The position numbers and the translations under genes were made by a program. Positions 1-7,485 of a stretch of DNA of 64,000 nucleotides are shown here, piece after piece. Numbering within the stretch: the first letter of the stretch is position 1; every line of letters starts with the position of its first letter. Under the pieces are notes generated by a model. That model did not search any database. It worked only from the letters and a program-made list of their open reading frames with translations, and was not told the DNA's origin. Source of the DNA: a phage; assembly GCA_012401045.1 (NCBI GenBank), contig GCA_012401045.1_4704.2. One strand, given 5' to 3'.

Positions 1-37
1 CAGGCTCTCCAATGAAGGAGAGCCTGTGGCCGTCAGT

Positions 38-739
38 TTAAGATGCAGATAATCTCGCGTACTTCTGGCGAACATGGTTCTTACGGCGAACTTCGTCGTC
101 CTCGTCACGCCATTCGAGGTAAGCAACGAATCGACGTAACTGCGCCGCCGTCATCGTTGACGAGCGGTCTTCTACGTCTAGAACAACGTAACGAACATCA
201 CCAACGCCATCGCAATCAACGTAACTGAATACCAAAAGGCCATCGCCGTACTCAACGATGGTAACTTCGAATCGTTTATCGAACAAATAAAACAGTTCCG
301 ATTCAATGATCATCGGAATGACGCATAAATCAGCACGATTGAGGATTTCCATCATCACCCGTAACGCGCGAGGAGTATGGCGAGCGAACTGGTCGTTAAA
401 ACGTTGTTTCATCGCTTGTTCCACGCCATCTGTTTTTGTTCCAAACCACGGACGTACTACAGATTTCGGTGGTGTAAGACGAAAGCGATATGCTTGTATA
501 AACAACAGAATATCAGCGACGTTAGGAAATTCTTCCTGGTCTTCGTATATCTTGCGGATAATATCCGGAATCGTAACCATCAAGTATTTCTTATCGCCTC
601 CCACTTTCTCGAGATTAGCAATATGTCCTTCTACCACAGGCTGGTAAACGAAATTATACCAATGACGGTATCTTTCGGTACGTTGGTAGTTTGGGATAAA
701 ATTAAGAATAATACTCACTGCGTGTTTTAACGGGTTCAT
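38..739 (-). CDS. hypothetical protein (233 aa)
   Basis: Long ORF at the end of a co-directional minus-strand gene array; no recognisable catalytic motif. Confidence 0.45.
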   Translation of the reverse strand: MNPLKHAVSIILNFIPNYQRTERYRHWYNFVYQPVVEGHIANLEKVGGDKKYLMVTIPDIIRKIYEDQEEFPNVADILLFIQAYRFRLTPPKSVVRPWFGTKTDGVEQAMKQRFNDQFARHTPRALRVMMEILNRADLCVIPMIIESELFYLFDKRFEVTIVEYGDGLLVFSYVDCDGVGDVRYVVLDVEDRSSTMTAAQLRRFVAYLEWRDEDDEVRRKNHVRQKYARLSAS

Positions 740-753
740 CGGAAGGATCCTTC

Positions 754-1188
754 TTATGTTTTAATATGCACATCGTCAATCCCCTCGGTAATCCAGCCGA
801 TGGGAAGGACAATCGTTGTTATCGTGTTATGGGTGTAATGATTGAGAAAGTGGAAATAGTAATTTTTGTTAGACTGTTCGATCCGTAGGTCGAGGTGCGC
901 GTCTTCAGGTAACCGTAACCAAGCACCGTACAGTTCATTAAACTTACGCTGAATTTTACCGGGGTTCATTGGAACCCCACGACCACGACGATGTAGCTGA
1001 CGTAATGATTCAATCAAACACTCAGAGATACCCGTTGTCGTTCCGTTATCGCTTGTATCAATAACGATGAACTCTCGTGACCCACGACCGAGATAAAAGC
1101 CAGCGACAAAAGCTGCAGCAACAAAAATTATCGTACCGATACCAATATACCAATAGTAAGTATCCATAACGACCTCACTTATACCCAA
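754..1188 (-). CDS. hypothetical membrane protein (144 aa, N-terminal TM helix)
   Basis: Hydrophobic N-terminal segment YWYIGIGTIIFVAAAFVAGFYL; 10-nt overlap with upstream gene suggests co-translation. Confidence 0.45.
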   Translation of the reverse strand: MGISEVVMDTYYWYIGIGTIIFVAAAFVAGFYLGRGSREFIVIDTSDNGTTTGISECLIESLRQLHRRGRGVPMNPGKIQRKFNELYGAWLRLPEDAHLDLRIEQSNKNYYFHFLNHYTHNTITTIVLPIGWITEGIDDVHIKT

Positions 1189-1712
1189 TAGTCGGCAAGC
1201 GGTTTTACCTTATTAATGGGCAACTGTACTTTACCGATGTTCTCTACATCCGCATCAGCGTAGAGAACAATTTTATCACCGTCTCTTTCCCAACGAATAA
1301 TGAATCGACCAGGAAGAAGATTACTCTGTTCAAGAGACGCAGTAACCTGTTGTGTTAAAACAGACAACCAAGCAGGCATCAGTGTTGCAACATCTAAGTC
1401 ATTTGACCATTCAGCGCGTTGCTCCACTGGACGTAACATACGTTCGACGGTGCGTTGAACTGTTGCGGTGATATAGCCTTTATCTTCGTCACTGATTGGA
1501 TCAGGACGAGACACAAAACGTTCAGCAGGCTTGTGGGTAATATATTCATGCAAATCGATGAGTGGTGTTGTCATAGTACTCGCTCCATCAGAATGTAATT
1601 GGGTAACCCGCAGGGTTGTCTGCATGCTATTCAGAAGCGCAAAAGCGCCATAAACAACAATGATACTAAGTACGACCAAAACAGAAATCATTAATGTGTA
1701 TTGCATTGTCAT
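1179..1712 (-). CDS. hypothetical membrane protein (177 aa, N-terminal TM helix)
   Basis: Hydrophobic N-terminal segment LMISVLVVLSIIVVYGAFALL followed by soluble domain. Confidence 0.45.
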   Translation of the reverse strand: MTMQYTLMISVLVVLSIIVVYGAFALLNSMQTTLRVTQLHSDGASTMTTPLIDLHEYITHKPAERFVSRPDPISDEDKGYITATVQRTVERMLRPVEQRAEWSNDLDVATLMPAWLSVLTQQVTASLEQSNLLPGRFIIRWERDGDKIVLYADADVENIGKVQLPINKVKPLADYWV

Positions 1713-1807
1713 CTCCTACTCACACGTATCTTGAAGATTAGTTAAAATCAACAAAAGAAAAAACAATATAAAGCAAGGTCCTCTGATATCAGAGGACCTC
1801 GGATCAA

Positions 1808-2464
1808 TTAGCTTGCAGCTTCTTCATTTGTATCAGGTTTGCTTCCCCCTAACAAACCGTCAAACAGACCCGTATGTTTCAGGTAGAAGAGAGCGATAGC
1901 GCCCATTGCTGCTGCGCTCGTCGCCGTTAACGCAACCCCGGCACGATACTGCCATTTACGGTCGGGCTTTTGATCAAGAGCCATACGACGCATGTATTCA
2001 GCCTCTGCTTCATTCCGATGAATTTCGGATTCAGCCAAGCGGGCTAAGGTATCGCGGTCAAGGTTATCATAACGTACGTTCATGGTGGTTTCCTCTTGTT
2101 TGGAAGTTGATTGCTTAGTGGATTCTTGGTCAACAGTCGTTTCAGATGGTTCAAACGGCTGGTTGTTCATTTTCTGATCTTTATTGGTCATGATAGACTC
2201 CTTCGATTTTTGAGACGAAATTGATTTAAACCATCGTGGATGGCGGTATTCAGTTTTACATGTGCAGTTAAGTTTCTCGTGCAGGAAAGCGTAAAAACGT
2301 TTTGCGCCTACACGTAAGGCTTTCAGCATTACCCATCCACGAGCACTCAAACGGTGTAGCTGTTGCGGTATGTCGAGTTTCCTAGCCAAGCGAAAGTATC
2401 TTTCAATCACTTCGATAGGAAACCATTGTTGTTCCACATCGGTGAGACTGAAAGTCTTATCCAT
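1808..2464 (-). CDS. hypothetical protein with C-terminal TM segment (218 aa)
   Basis: ATG at 2464; C-terminal hydrophobic stretch VALTATSAAAMGAIALFYL; conserved 24-bp promoter-like motif lies 24 nt upstream. Confidence 0.5.
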   Translation of the reverse strand: MDKTFSLTDVEQQWFPIEVIERYFRLARKLDIPQQLHRLSARGWVMLKALRVGAKRFYAFLHEKLNCTCKTEYRHPRWFKSISSQKSKESIMTNKDQKMNNQPFEPSETTVDQESTKQSTSKQEETTMNVRYDNLDRDTLARLAESEIHRNEAEAEYMRRMALDQKPDRKWQYRAGVALTATSAAAMGAIALFYLKHTGLFDGLLGGSKPDTNEEAAS

Positions 2465-2488
2465 GATTGAAATCTCGCTGGCTTACTT

Positions 2489-2512
2489 CACTTAGGTAAT
2501 ATAGCCGTGAAA
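2489..2512 (-). promoter_or_regulatory. conserved 24-bp promoter-like motif, copy 1 (minus-strand reading TTTCACGGCTATATTACCTAAGTG)
   Basis: Identical 24-mer also at 15021-15044; close variants at 43179-43202 and 51362-51385; each lies 25-140 nt upstream of a minus-strand gene start. Confidence 0.45.
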
Positions 2513-2614
2513 AATGTTGGATTAAGTTAAATACCGCAACCGCAGCTAATTTTATAGGCTTTTAGCCTAAACCAATCATCTTCGGAATCATCATCTTTGA
2601 AACAGGAATCTATC

Positions 2615-3436
2615 ATGGAAAAAGTATTTGTTTGTAAGTTGTTTACCAACGGCAATAGCCAACCAATGTATCTGACCGATCCTGTTCTAGGTAATCGGAA
2701 CAGTACCGTATTCAAAGAGGCTTTCGAATACGCTAAAAATAAAGCCGTGAGAACACTGACGTCTGATGACTGTATCAACGGTATCACGTGGGCAGAGTTA
2801 ATCGGTGATGCCGTTCGACACTTCGTTCGGGATGCGAGAAAACGGGAAATCTGTCTCACGACTATTGTTGTGCGTGAAAACGCAGAAATTTTATCAAACG
2901 TTTTGGTTGATTTTAATGACGTTTGCGTGTTTAATCCAGAGAACACGTTTGAACAATACCTTACTGCCCTGAACAACCAGCTCGGTAAAGATATTCATCC
3001 CGAATTCGCCAAGTTAACATATCAGTTACTTTTTGACGACGTCGATCCAAATACGAAGATCGATACCAGCTTATCGCCCCTGGTAAAGAAATACGGATCG
3101 GTTCTCGCTACGGCAACACCCACCACCGATGGCGGTTATGATATCGAATTGGATGGTCCATTAAAAGAACAAGAGCCTACTGGGGTTAGGGCGGTACATC
3201 ACAACCTCGTCGTTAAATCTGATGGATGCGATGAACATTACGCTATGATAAACGATGAAAACAATTACCGTTTAAGTCAAGCGATTGGTGTTCTACGCTA
3301 TACCGAACCCACTGTTGTAGACGATTATACATCGACAACAACGCACACCACGTGTTTCATTTTCATCTATCCCAATGAAAGTGTGTACATTACCGACTGC
3401 TATGGCAATACCGTAGATAGCTTACGTCGTTATTGA
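2615..3436 (+). CDS. hypothetical protein (273 aa)
   Basis: ORF track starts at TTG 2597; in-frame ATG at 2615 preceded by AGGAA SD at 6-nt spacing; followed by a clean intrinsic terminator. Confidence 0.55.
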   Translation: MEKVFVCKLFTNGNSQPMYLTDPVLGNRNSTVFKEAFEYAKNKAVRTLTSDDCINGITWAELIGDAVRHFVRDARKREICLTTIVVRENAEILSNVLVDFNDVCVFNPENTFEQYLTALNNQLGKDIHPEFAKLTYQLLFDDVDPNTKIDTSLSPLVKKYGSVLATATPTTDGGYDIELDGPLKEQEPTGVRAVHHNLVVKSDGCDEHYAMINDENNYRLSQAIGVLRYTEPTVVDDYTSTTTHTTCFIFIYPNESVYITDCYGNTVDSLRRY

Positions 3437-3442
3437 TTATCG

Positions 3443-3470
3443 AGCCTGTCCTTCGGGGCAGGCTTTTTAT
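3443..3470 (+). terminator. rho-independent terminator (hairpin AGCCTGTCC-TTCG-GGGCAGGCT followed by TTTTT)
   Basis: GC-rich stem with tetraloop and T5 tract immediately after the stop of the 2615-3436 gene. Confidence 0.7.
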
Positions 3471-3545
3471 GCTGTTAAATATCAGGAATAAGAATTAACA
3501 AAATAGGAAAATGGTGTGAATATAACACAAAGGAGGGAGATGATC

Positions 3546-3662
3546 ATGTTACTCATTTTAATGGAGAGAGCATTGCTGGCGGGTATCTGCGCATTCTCTG
3601 TTAAACACGCTGTTGCTATCATGGCTGAAGAAAGGCGTAATACGCATAATGTATTACGCTGA
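3546..3662 (+). CDS. candidate small ORF (38 aa, hydrophobic peptide MLLILMERALLAGICAFSVKHAVAIMAEERRNTHNVLR)
   Basis: Strong SD AAAGGAGGGAG 9 nt upstream of ATG; below ORF-track size cutoff; hydrophobic N-terminal half; expression unproven. Confidence 0.25.
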   Translation: MLLILMERALLAGICAFSVKHAVAIMAEERRNTHNVLR

Positions 3663-3772
3663 AAACACTGTGTGCATTAGTGTATGACGAGAAATCGTCG
3701 AGGCCCCCGTCTTCACGAGGGCCAACACCTATGCATGATTATTCATCGTCTGTTAAACAAAAGGTTATAAAC

Positions 3773-4081
3773 ATGAGCAATTTGAACGTTGAATTTACTT
3801 CAACAACGCCTGTCATGAATGGTGTTGGCACTGAAACCAAAATCGTATTAGAACCCATTCCAGGGTTACGCGATCTCGGTGATTTTTATCCACTGATGCC
3901 GCGTATACGGAAGGCCTTAAACAGTATCGATCTTGATTCCAATAAAGATTTCCAACACGATACAGAAAATACCGATCATGTATTGCTGCCATCAGGGATC
4001 GCAAAATTCACCTACACGCAAACATTGAAAGCCTCTGATGGTGAAATCCGTCGTTTTATCGTTGAAGTAGAAAGCGCATAA
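3773..4081 (+). CDS. hypothetical protein (about 102 aa from ATG 3773; ORF track extends to GTG 3680)
   Basis: The GTG at 3680 and ATG at 3731 lack an RBS; ATG at 3773 has AAAAGG upstream; bidirectional hairpin downstream. Confidence 0.4.
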   Translation: MSNLNVEFTSTTPVMNGVGTETKIVLEPIPGLRDLGDFYPLMPRIRKALNSIDLDSNKDFQHDTENTDHVLLPSGIAKFTYTQTLKASDGEIRRFIVEVESA

Positions 4082-4085
4082 AAAC

Positions 4086-4117
4086 CATCCTCCCTTCCCT
4101 TACGGGTTGGGAGGATG
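4086..4117. terminator. conserved GC-rich hairpin family, copy between convergent genes
   Basis: CATCCTCCC-TTCCC-TTAC-GGGTT-GGGAGGATG; minus-strand reading has GTAA loop and is followed by GGTTTTT. Confidence 0.5.
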
Positions 4118-4134
4118 AAATATGCCGTTAAACG

Positions 4135-4764
4135 TTATTCAACAAACCCTGCATTCAACAGATTGTCGTAAACACGATTAGCGACATCAACAGGAGAATG
4201 TGTGTTACTGGTATCTATACGCAGCGTTTTCGCGTCGCCGAGATAGTCCATAAAATCCATGTAACGATAACGTCGTTTATTGAATGTCGCTTCATCGATG
4301 TTATCAAACATCTGATGTTTAGCGTGACGAACACGGAACCGCCTTAAATACGTAGGATAGTCGATATCCAGATAAACATAGTAAGACGGCATGATAATCG
4401 ACGGTAGGTTCGGCAACAATGCGTCAAACAACTTAACGTTGGCATCATTAACCTGATAAACATACGTCGAAGCAATCGAACGATCGCTAAGCACAGTCTT
4501 CCCTTCGTTAAGGGCTGGATGAATCACCTTGTTGAAGAGATGATTACGTTGCGACATCATCGCCAATAGTTCAGTTTCTGGATCGAATCTGTTCGTTGGT
4601 GTCTGATCTTCCAGGATAAGTTTACGAATGGCTTCTCCGTAGAGCGTACCACCGGGTTCACGTACGACACAGACGTTGTTTAAACGACTGTGTAAAGACG
4701 AGATAACCGAACTCTTTCCTGAATAATCCAGACCTTCAATAACGATATATTTATTACGAGACAT
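4135..4764 (-). CDS. tmk: thymidylate kinase (dTMP kinase)
   Basis: P-loop YIVIEGLDYSGKSS and REPGGT motif collinear with bacterial Tmk; ATG at 4764 with GGAG SD (ORF track begins at TTG 4776). Confidence 0.85.
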   Translation of the reverse strand: MSRNKYIVIEGLDYSGKSSVISSLHSRLNNVCVVREPGGTLYGEAIRKLILEDQTPTNRFDPETELLAMMSQRNHLFNKVIHPALNEGKTVLSDRSIASTYVYQVNDANVKLFDALLPNLPSIIMPSYYVYLDIDYPTYLRRFRVRHAKHQMFDNIDEATFNKRRYRYMDFMDYLGDAKTLRIDTSNTHSPVDVANRVYDNLLNAGFVE

Positions 4765-4780
4765 TCCCCGCTCCAATTAA

Positions 4781-6034
4781 CTACTTCGTTTTCGCCGTTA
4801 TCGGCTGCGATACTGTAATCTCGACCCGATCGACATCGGTACGTTTAACGATGATAAGGCTGCGTTCATCACCGAATGGTTCTGAGATCTTACAAGCCTC
4901 TTTAAGATTTTCGAGAATCGTGCCATGGGGTTCAAACACCGCAAAACCGGAACTAGCGTCGATTCTTATTAAATATACACGCACATTGTTTACGGTAATG
5001 GTGTCATCCGTCTTGAACCCACAGCAGGAGGGTAGACAGAACTGACCATTAACGCAATTAGCTAAGTATGCCTCACCACCGAACATTTCTATTAACGTCA
5101 CCGGTTTAAATGTTTTCTCTGGGAAAGCATTATTAAGAATATCGTTTCCATTCACAAACCAGATCGTTACTTTATCTTCGGAATACGCTAGTCTGTATGG
5201 TTGGGTTGCGGACGCCTGCGCTTTATGCTGGTTAAATAACTTTGATTTTGTCGCAATCACAGCACGACCTTGGGCGTCAAAGTACAGAACTTCATACCCA
5301 ACACATCCGATAAACACGCGACGGTTATTAAGTTCCGGAATTCTGACTACTAACGCATTACCATCTTCCGTCGGTGTAATACCACGTAGGATGATAGATT
5401 CGTTGTTCAATGTTGAGTTGCTCACGATGACGCTTCGCATTACCGCTGGCGACACTATTTCATCTGCTGCAGGTTCAAGTTGCTCCGCTGTTACAGTCAC
5501 GGATCTGTCTTCCTTTTCAACTGGCCAGTTGAAAAGGATTGTTTTATTAAGACAAACAATTGGGGTAATTTCGCCGATACTCCGTATCTTGACTGAGGGG
5601 CAATTGCACACATACGGAACAAAAACATCAATATCGTTGGTCGCTTCTTCAAGCATGCTAGCATACGCCATTGCTTCGGGACGATCGGTGAGATGAATAA
5701 CAGCATAGACGATATCGTCTTTTAACCACGCACGTTTCACTCGTCCTATAACACGATTGATGTCTACAATAACTCTCTGAGCTTTCATCTCCCATTTTAC
5801 TGCATCAGTACCACCCGCAACCACGTTCGGTTTATCCGTGTTTACACGATGAAGGAAACTATTGATTATTTCCTCATCGATCTGGATATCCTTTCTCGCA
5901 AAATTCAACAACGGAATAACGAACTCATTGTTACCGCACTTCTCTGCTCCGCGAATGATAGGAGTACACTTCTTGTTCTCATCTGATCCCCAGATAACTT
6001 TAGTCATTTTCTGTTTCCTTCTTGGGTTTTGCAC
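4781..6034 (-). CDS. hypothetical protein (417 aa), Cys-rich C-terminal half
   Basis: Long ORF in the recombination/nucleotide-metabolism cluster; no metallophosphatase motif order recognisable. Confidence 0.5.
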   Translation of the reverse strand: MQNPRRKQKMTKVIWGSDENKKCTPIIRGAEKCGNNEFVIPLLNFARKDIQIDEEIINSFLHRVNTDKPNVVAGGTDAVKWEMKAQRVIVDINRVIGRVKRAWLKDDIVYAVIHLTDRPEAMAYASMLEEATNDIDVFVPYVCNCPSVKIRSIGEITPIVCLNKTILFNWPVEKEDRSVTVTAEQLEPAADEIVSPAVMRSVIVSNSTLNNESIILRGITPTEDGNALVVRIPELNNRRVFIGCVGYEVLYFDAQGRAVIATKSKLFNQHKAQASATQPYRLAYSEDKVTIWFVNGNDILNNAFPEKTFKPVTLIEMFGGEAYLANCVNGQFCLPSCCGFKTDDTITVNNVRVYLIRIDASSGFAVFEPHGTILENLKEACKISEPFGDERSLIIVKRTDVDRVEITVSQPITAKTK

Positions 6035-6040
6035 AAGTTT

Positions 6041-6655
6041 CTAACGGCGTTTTGTACCGACCTTCCCATTTCGATGGTCATCAAGAATACGCCATTCTTC
6101 GAACAGGAGTTCGGCTGCGAAATAACCTACAGCGATGCTGTCTATCGCATGCTCATCAAGATTCGCTAACACAACACCGTTTCTGGGTGTGATGTTCATG
6201 AGGTTCAACACTTTCTGGCGAACATCGTCCTTACCAACACGGGACGTCATAATCCCAACAGCGCGTTTTGCGCTTCGGTTATCAACCCCTAAGAAAGATA
6301 CCGTAGGATCAAAATCGATAACCGTTGTCTGAATCGCTGAAAACAGCTCGCTGAGCGCCATACCGCTTTGCTTGAAACGACCGATGAATGGCGTCTCACA
6401 AGCGACCGCTTGCGGCTGGTACTCTTGCAATAACGTTGTCAGTGAACGACGGTGTTCTTGGATACGTGCGGCACGATTACCGTATCCAAGCGCAATATCG
6501 CCATCGGGATCATATCGACGTGAAGCGTGCCATGTCCCTGCATACAGCAGTTCAATATCTTCGACACGCACGTCCAAACGTAGTAACGACGCACCGAGTG
6601 TATCGGTGCCAGGGTCGATTGCCAGAATATCGTAAGCGTATTCTGGTGGGATCAT
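6041..6655 (-). CDS. RuvC-like Holliday junction resolvase
   Basis: ILAIDPGTDTLG N-terminal motif, QPQAVACETPF, and C-terminal DEHAIDSIAVGYFA collinear with RuvC catalytic regions; start taken at ATG 6655, which forms an ATGA overlap with the upstream stop (track start 6682). Confidence 0.65.
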   Translation of the reverse strand: MIPPEYAYDILAIDPGTDTLGASLLRLDVRVEDIELLYAGTWHASRRYDPDGDIALGYGNRAARIQEHRRSLTTLLQEYQPQAVACETPFIGRFKQSGMALSELFSAIQTTVIDFDPTVSFLGVDNRSAKRAVGIMTSRVGKDDVRQKVLNLMNITPRNGVVLANLDEHAIDSIAVGYFAAELLFEEWRILDDHRNGKVGTKRR

Positions 6656-7467
6656 GGTGTTACAACAGCCTCTACTGACCATGGGAAGGTTTTCGCAACA
6701 ACACCTTCCAGGAAGCGTTCAACTTCCGATTGCTCATACACCGAAAGCTTTTCGAACGGCGTTTGGTCTTCGGTTAAACCTATCGCATGAATAGGACCCA
6801 GGTCTTTAACCAGAGTAACTTCACCTTTAACGCCTTCGCGTTTAACGATGATCGCATGATCATTAACCTTGGGATCATACAGCACGCGCATCATGGTTAC
6901 CGCGTCATCCGGTTCATGACCGAAATCGATGGCAACACGGGCATTCGTCCCTTCATCGTCCAGAAGCTTGCTTAGCGCTTTACAACGGTCTTCAATCCAA
7001 TCCAAAGCGACCACGGTTTCTTGGCGTAGCTGAACCTCAACCTCTTTTCCTTGTTCGTCGATACGTTTCACGGTAACAAAATCGTGTAATAAACGGTCAG
7101 GAAGGAGAGAAGAAATAAGCTCAATGTTGGGTTCAGGTTTTTCGTTTTCCAGAATGATGGTCGCTTGTGCGTCCAGATGTTCTTTAAAACGGATGTAGCG
7201 CGTTAATCGCAGAACTTCATCTTGGGATTTTGCGTCTTCGGGAATAATCTCCGTCATGACGTTATAAATCTTTTCAGCGAACGTCGGAATTACGGTGATT
7301 GTAATTCGTGCTGGTGTACCACGCTCCTGGTACTCATCGGCTAACTTCTTCGCCATCCCGTTAAAGTAGGTCTGGAGAAACGGTTGCTGCGTTAAAAACA
7401 TTTTCTCCAGATCGGAATAGCGATGCTTGCGTGCATGGCCTAGCTTCTTCATGGGTTTTTTCATCAA
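6652..7467 (-). CDS. hypothetical protein (271 aa)
   Basis: ORF between Rad50-like and RuvC-like genes, translationally coupled to the latter; no nuclease motif identified. Confidence 0.5.
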   Translation of the reverse strand: MMKKPMKKLGHARKHRYSDLEKMFLTQQPFLQTYFNGMAKKLADEYQERGTPARITITVIPTFAEKIYNVMTEIIPEDAKSQDEVLRLTRYIRFKEHLDAQATIILENEKPEPNIELISSLLPDRLLHDFVTVKRIDEQGKEVEVQLRQETVVALDWIEDRCKALSKLLDDEGTNARVAIDFGHEPDDAVTMMRVLYDPKVNDHAIIVKREGVKGEVTLVKDLGPIHAIGLTEDQTPFEKLSVYEQSEVERFLEGVVAKTFPWSVEAVVTP

Positions 7468-7485
7468 CAGAAATCCTTATTTGTC

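Noticed and set aside
2527-2976. 149-aa minus-strand ORF overlapping the 2615-3436 gene
   Set aside because: The plus-strand gene has an SD, ATG and a downstream terminator; the minus ORF would start inside it with no RBS and run into the divergent promoter region.
4781-6034. Possible Mre11/SbcD nuclease partner of the Rad50-like ATPase
   Set aside because: Looked for the ordered metallophosphatase motifs (D-x-H, GD, GNHD/E, H, GH-x-H) and did not find them in the expected order or spacing; left as hypothetical.
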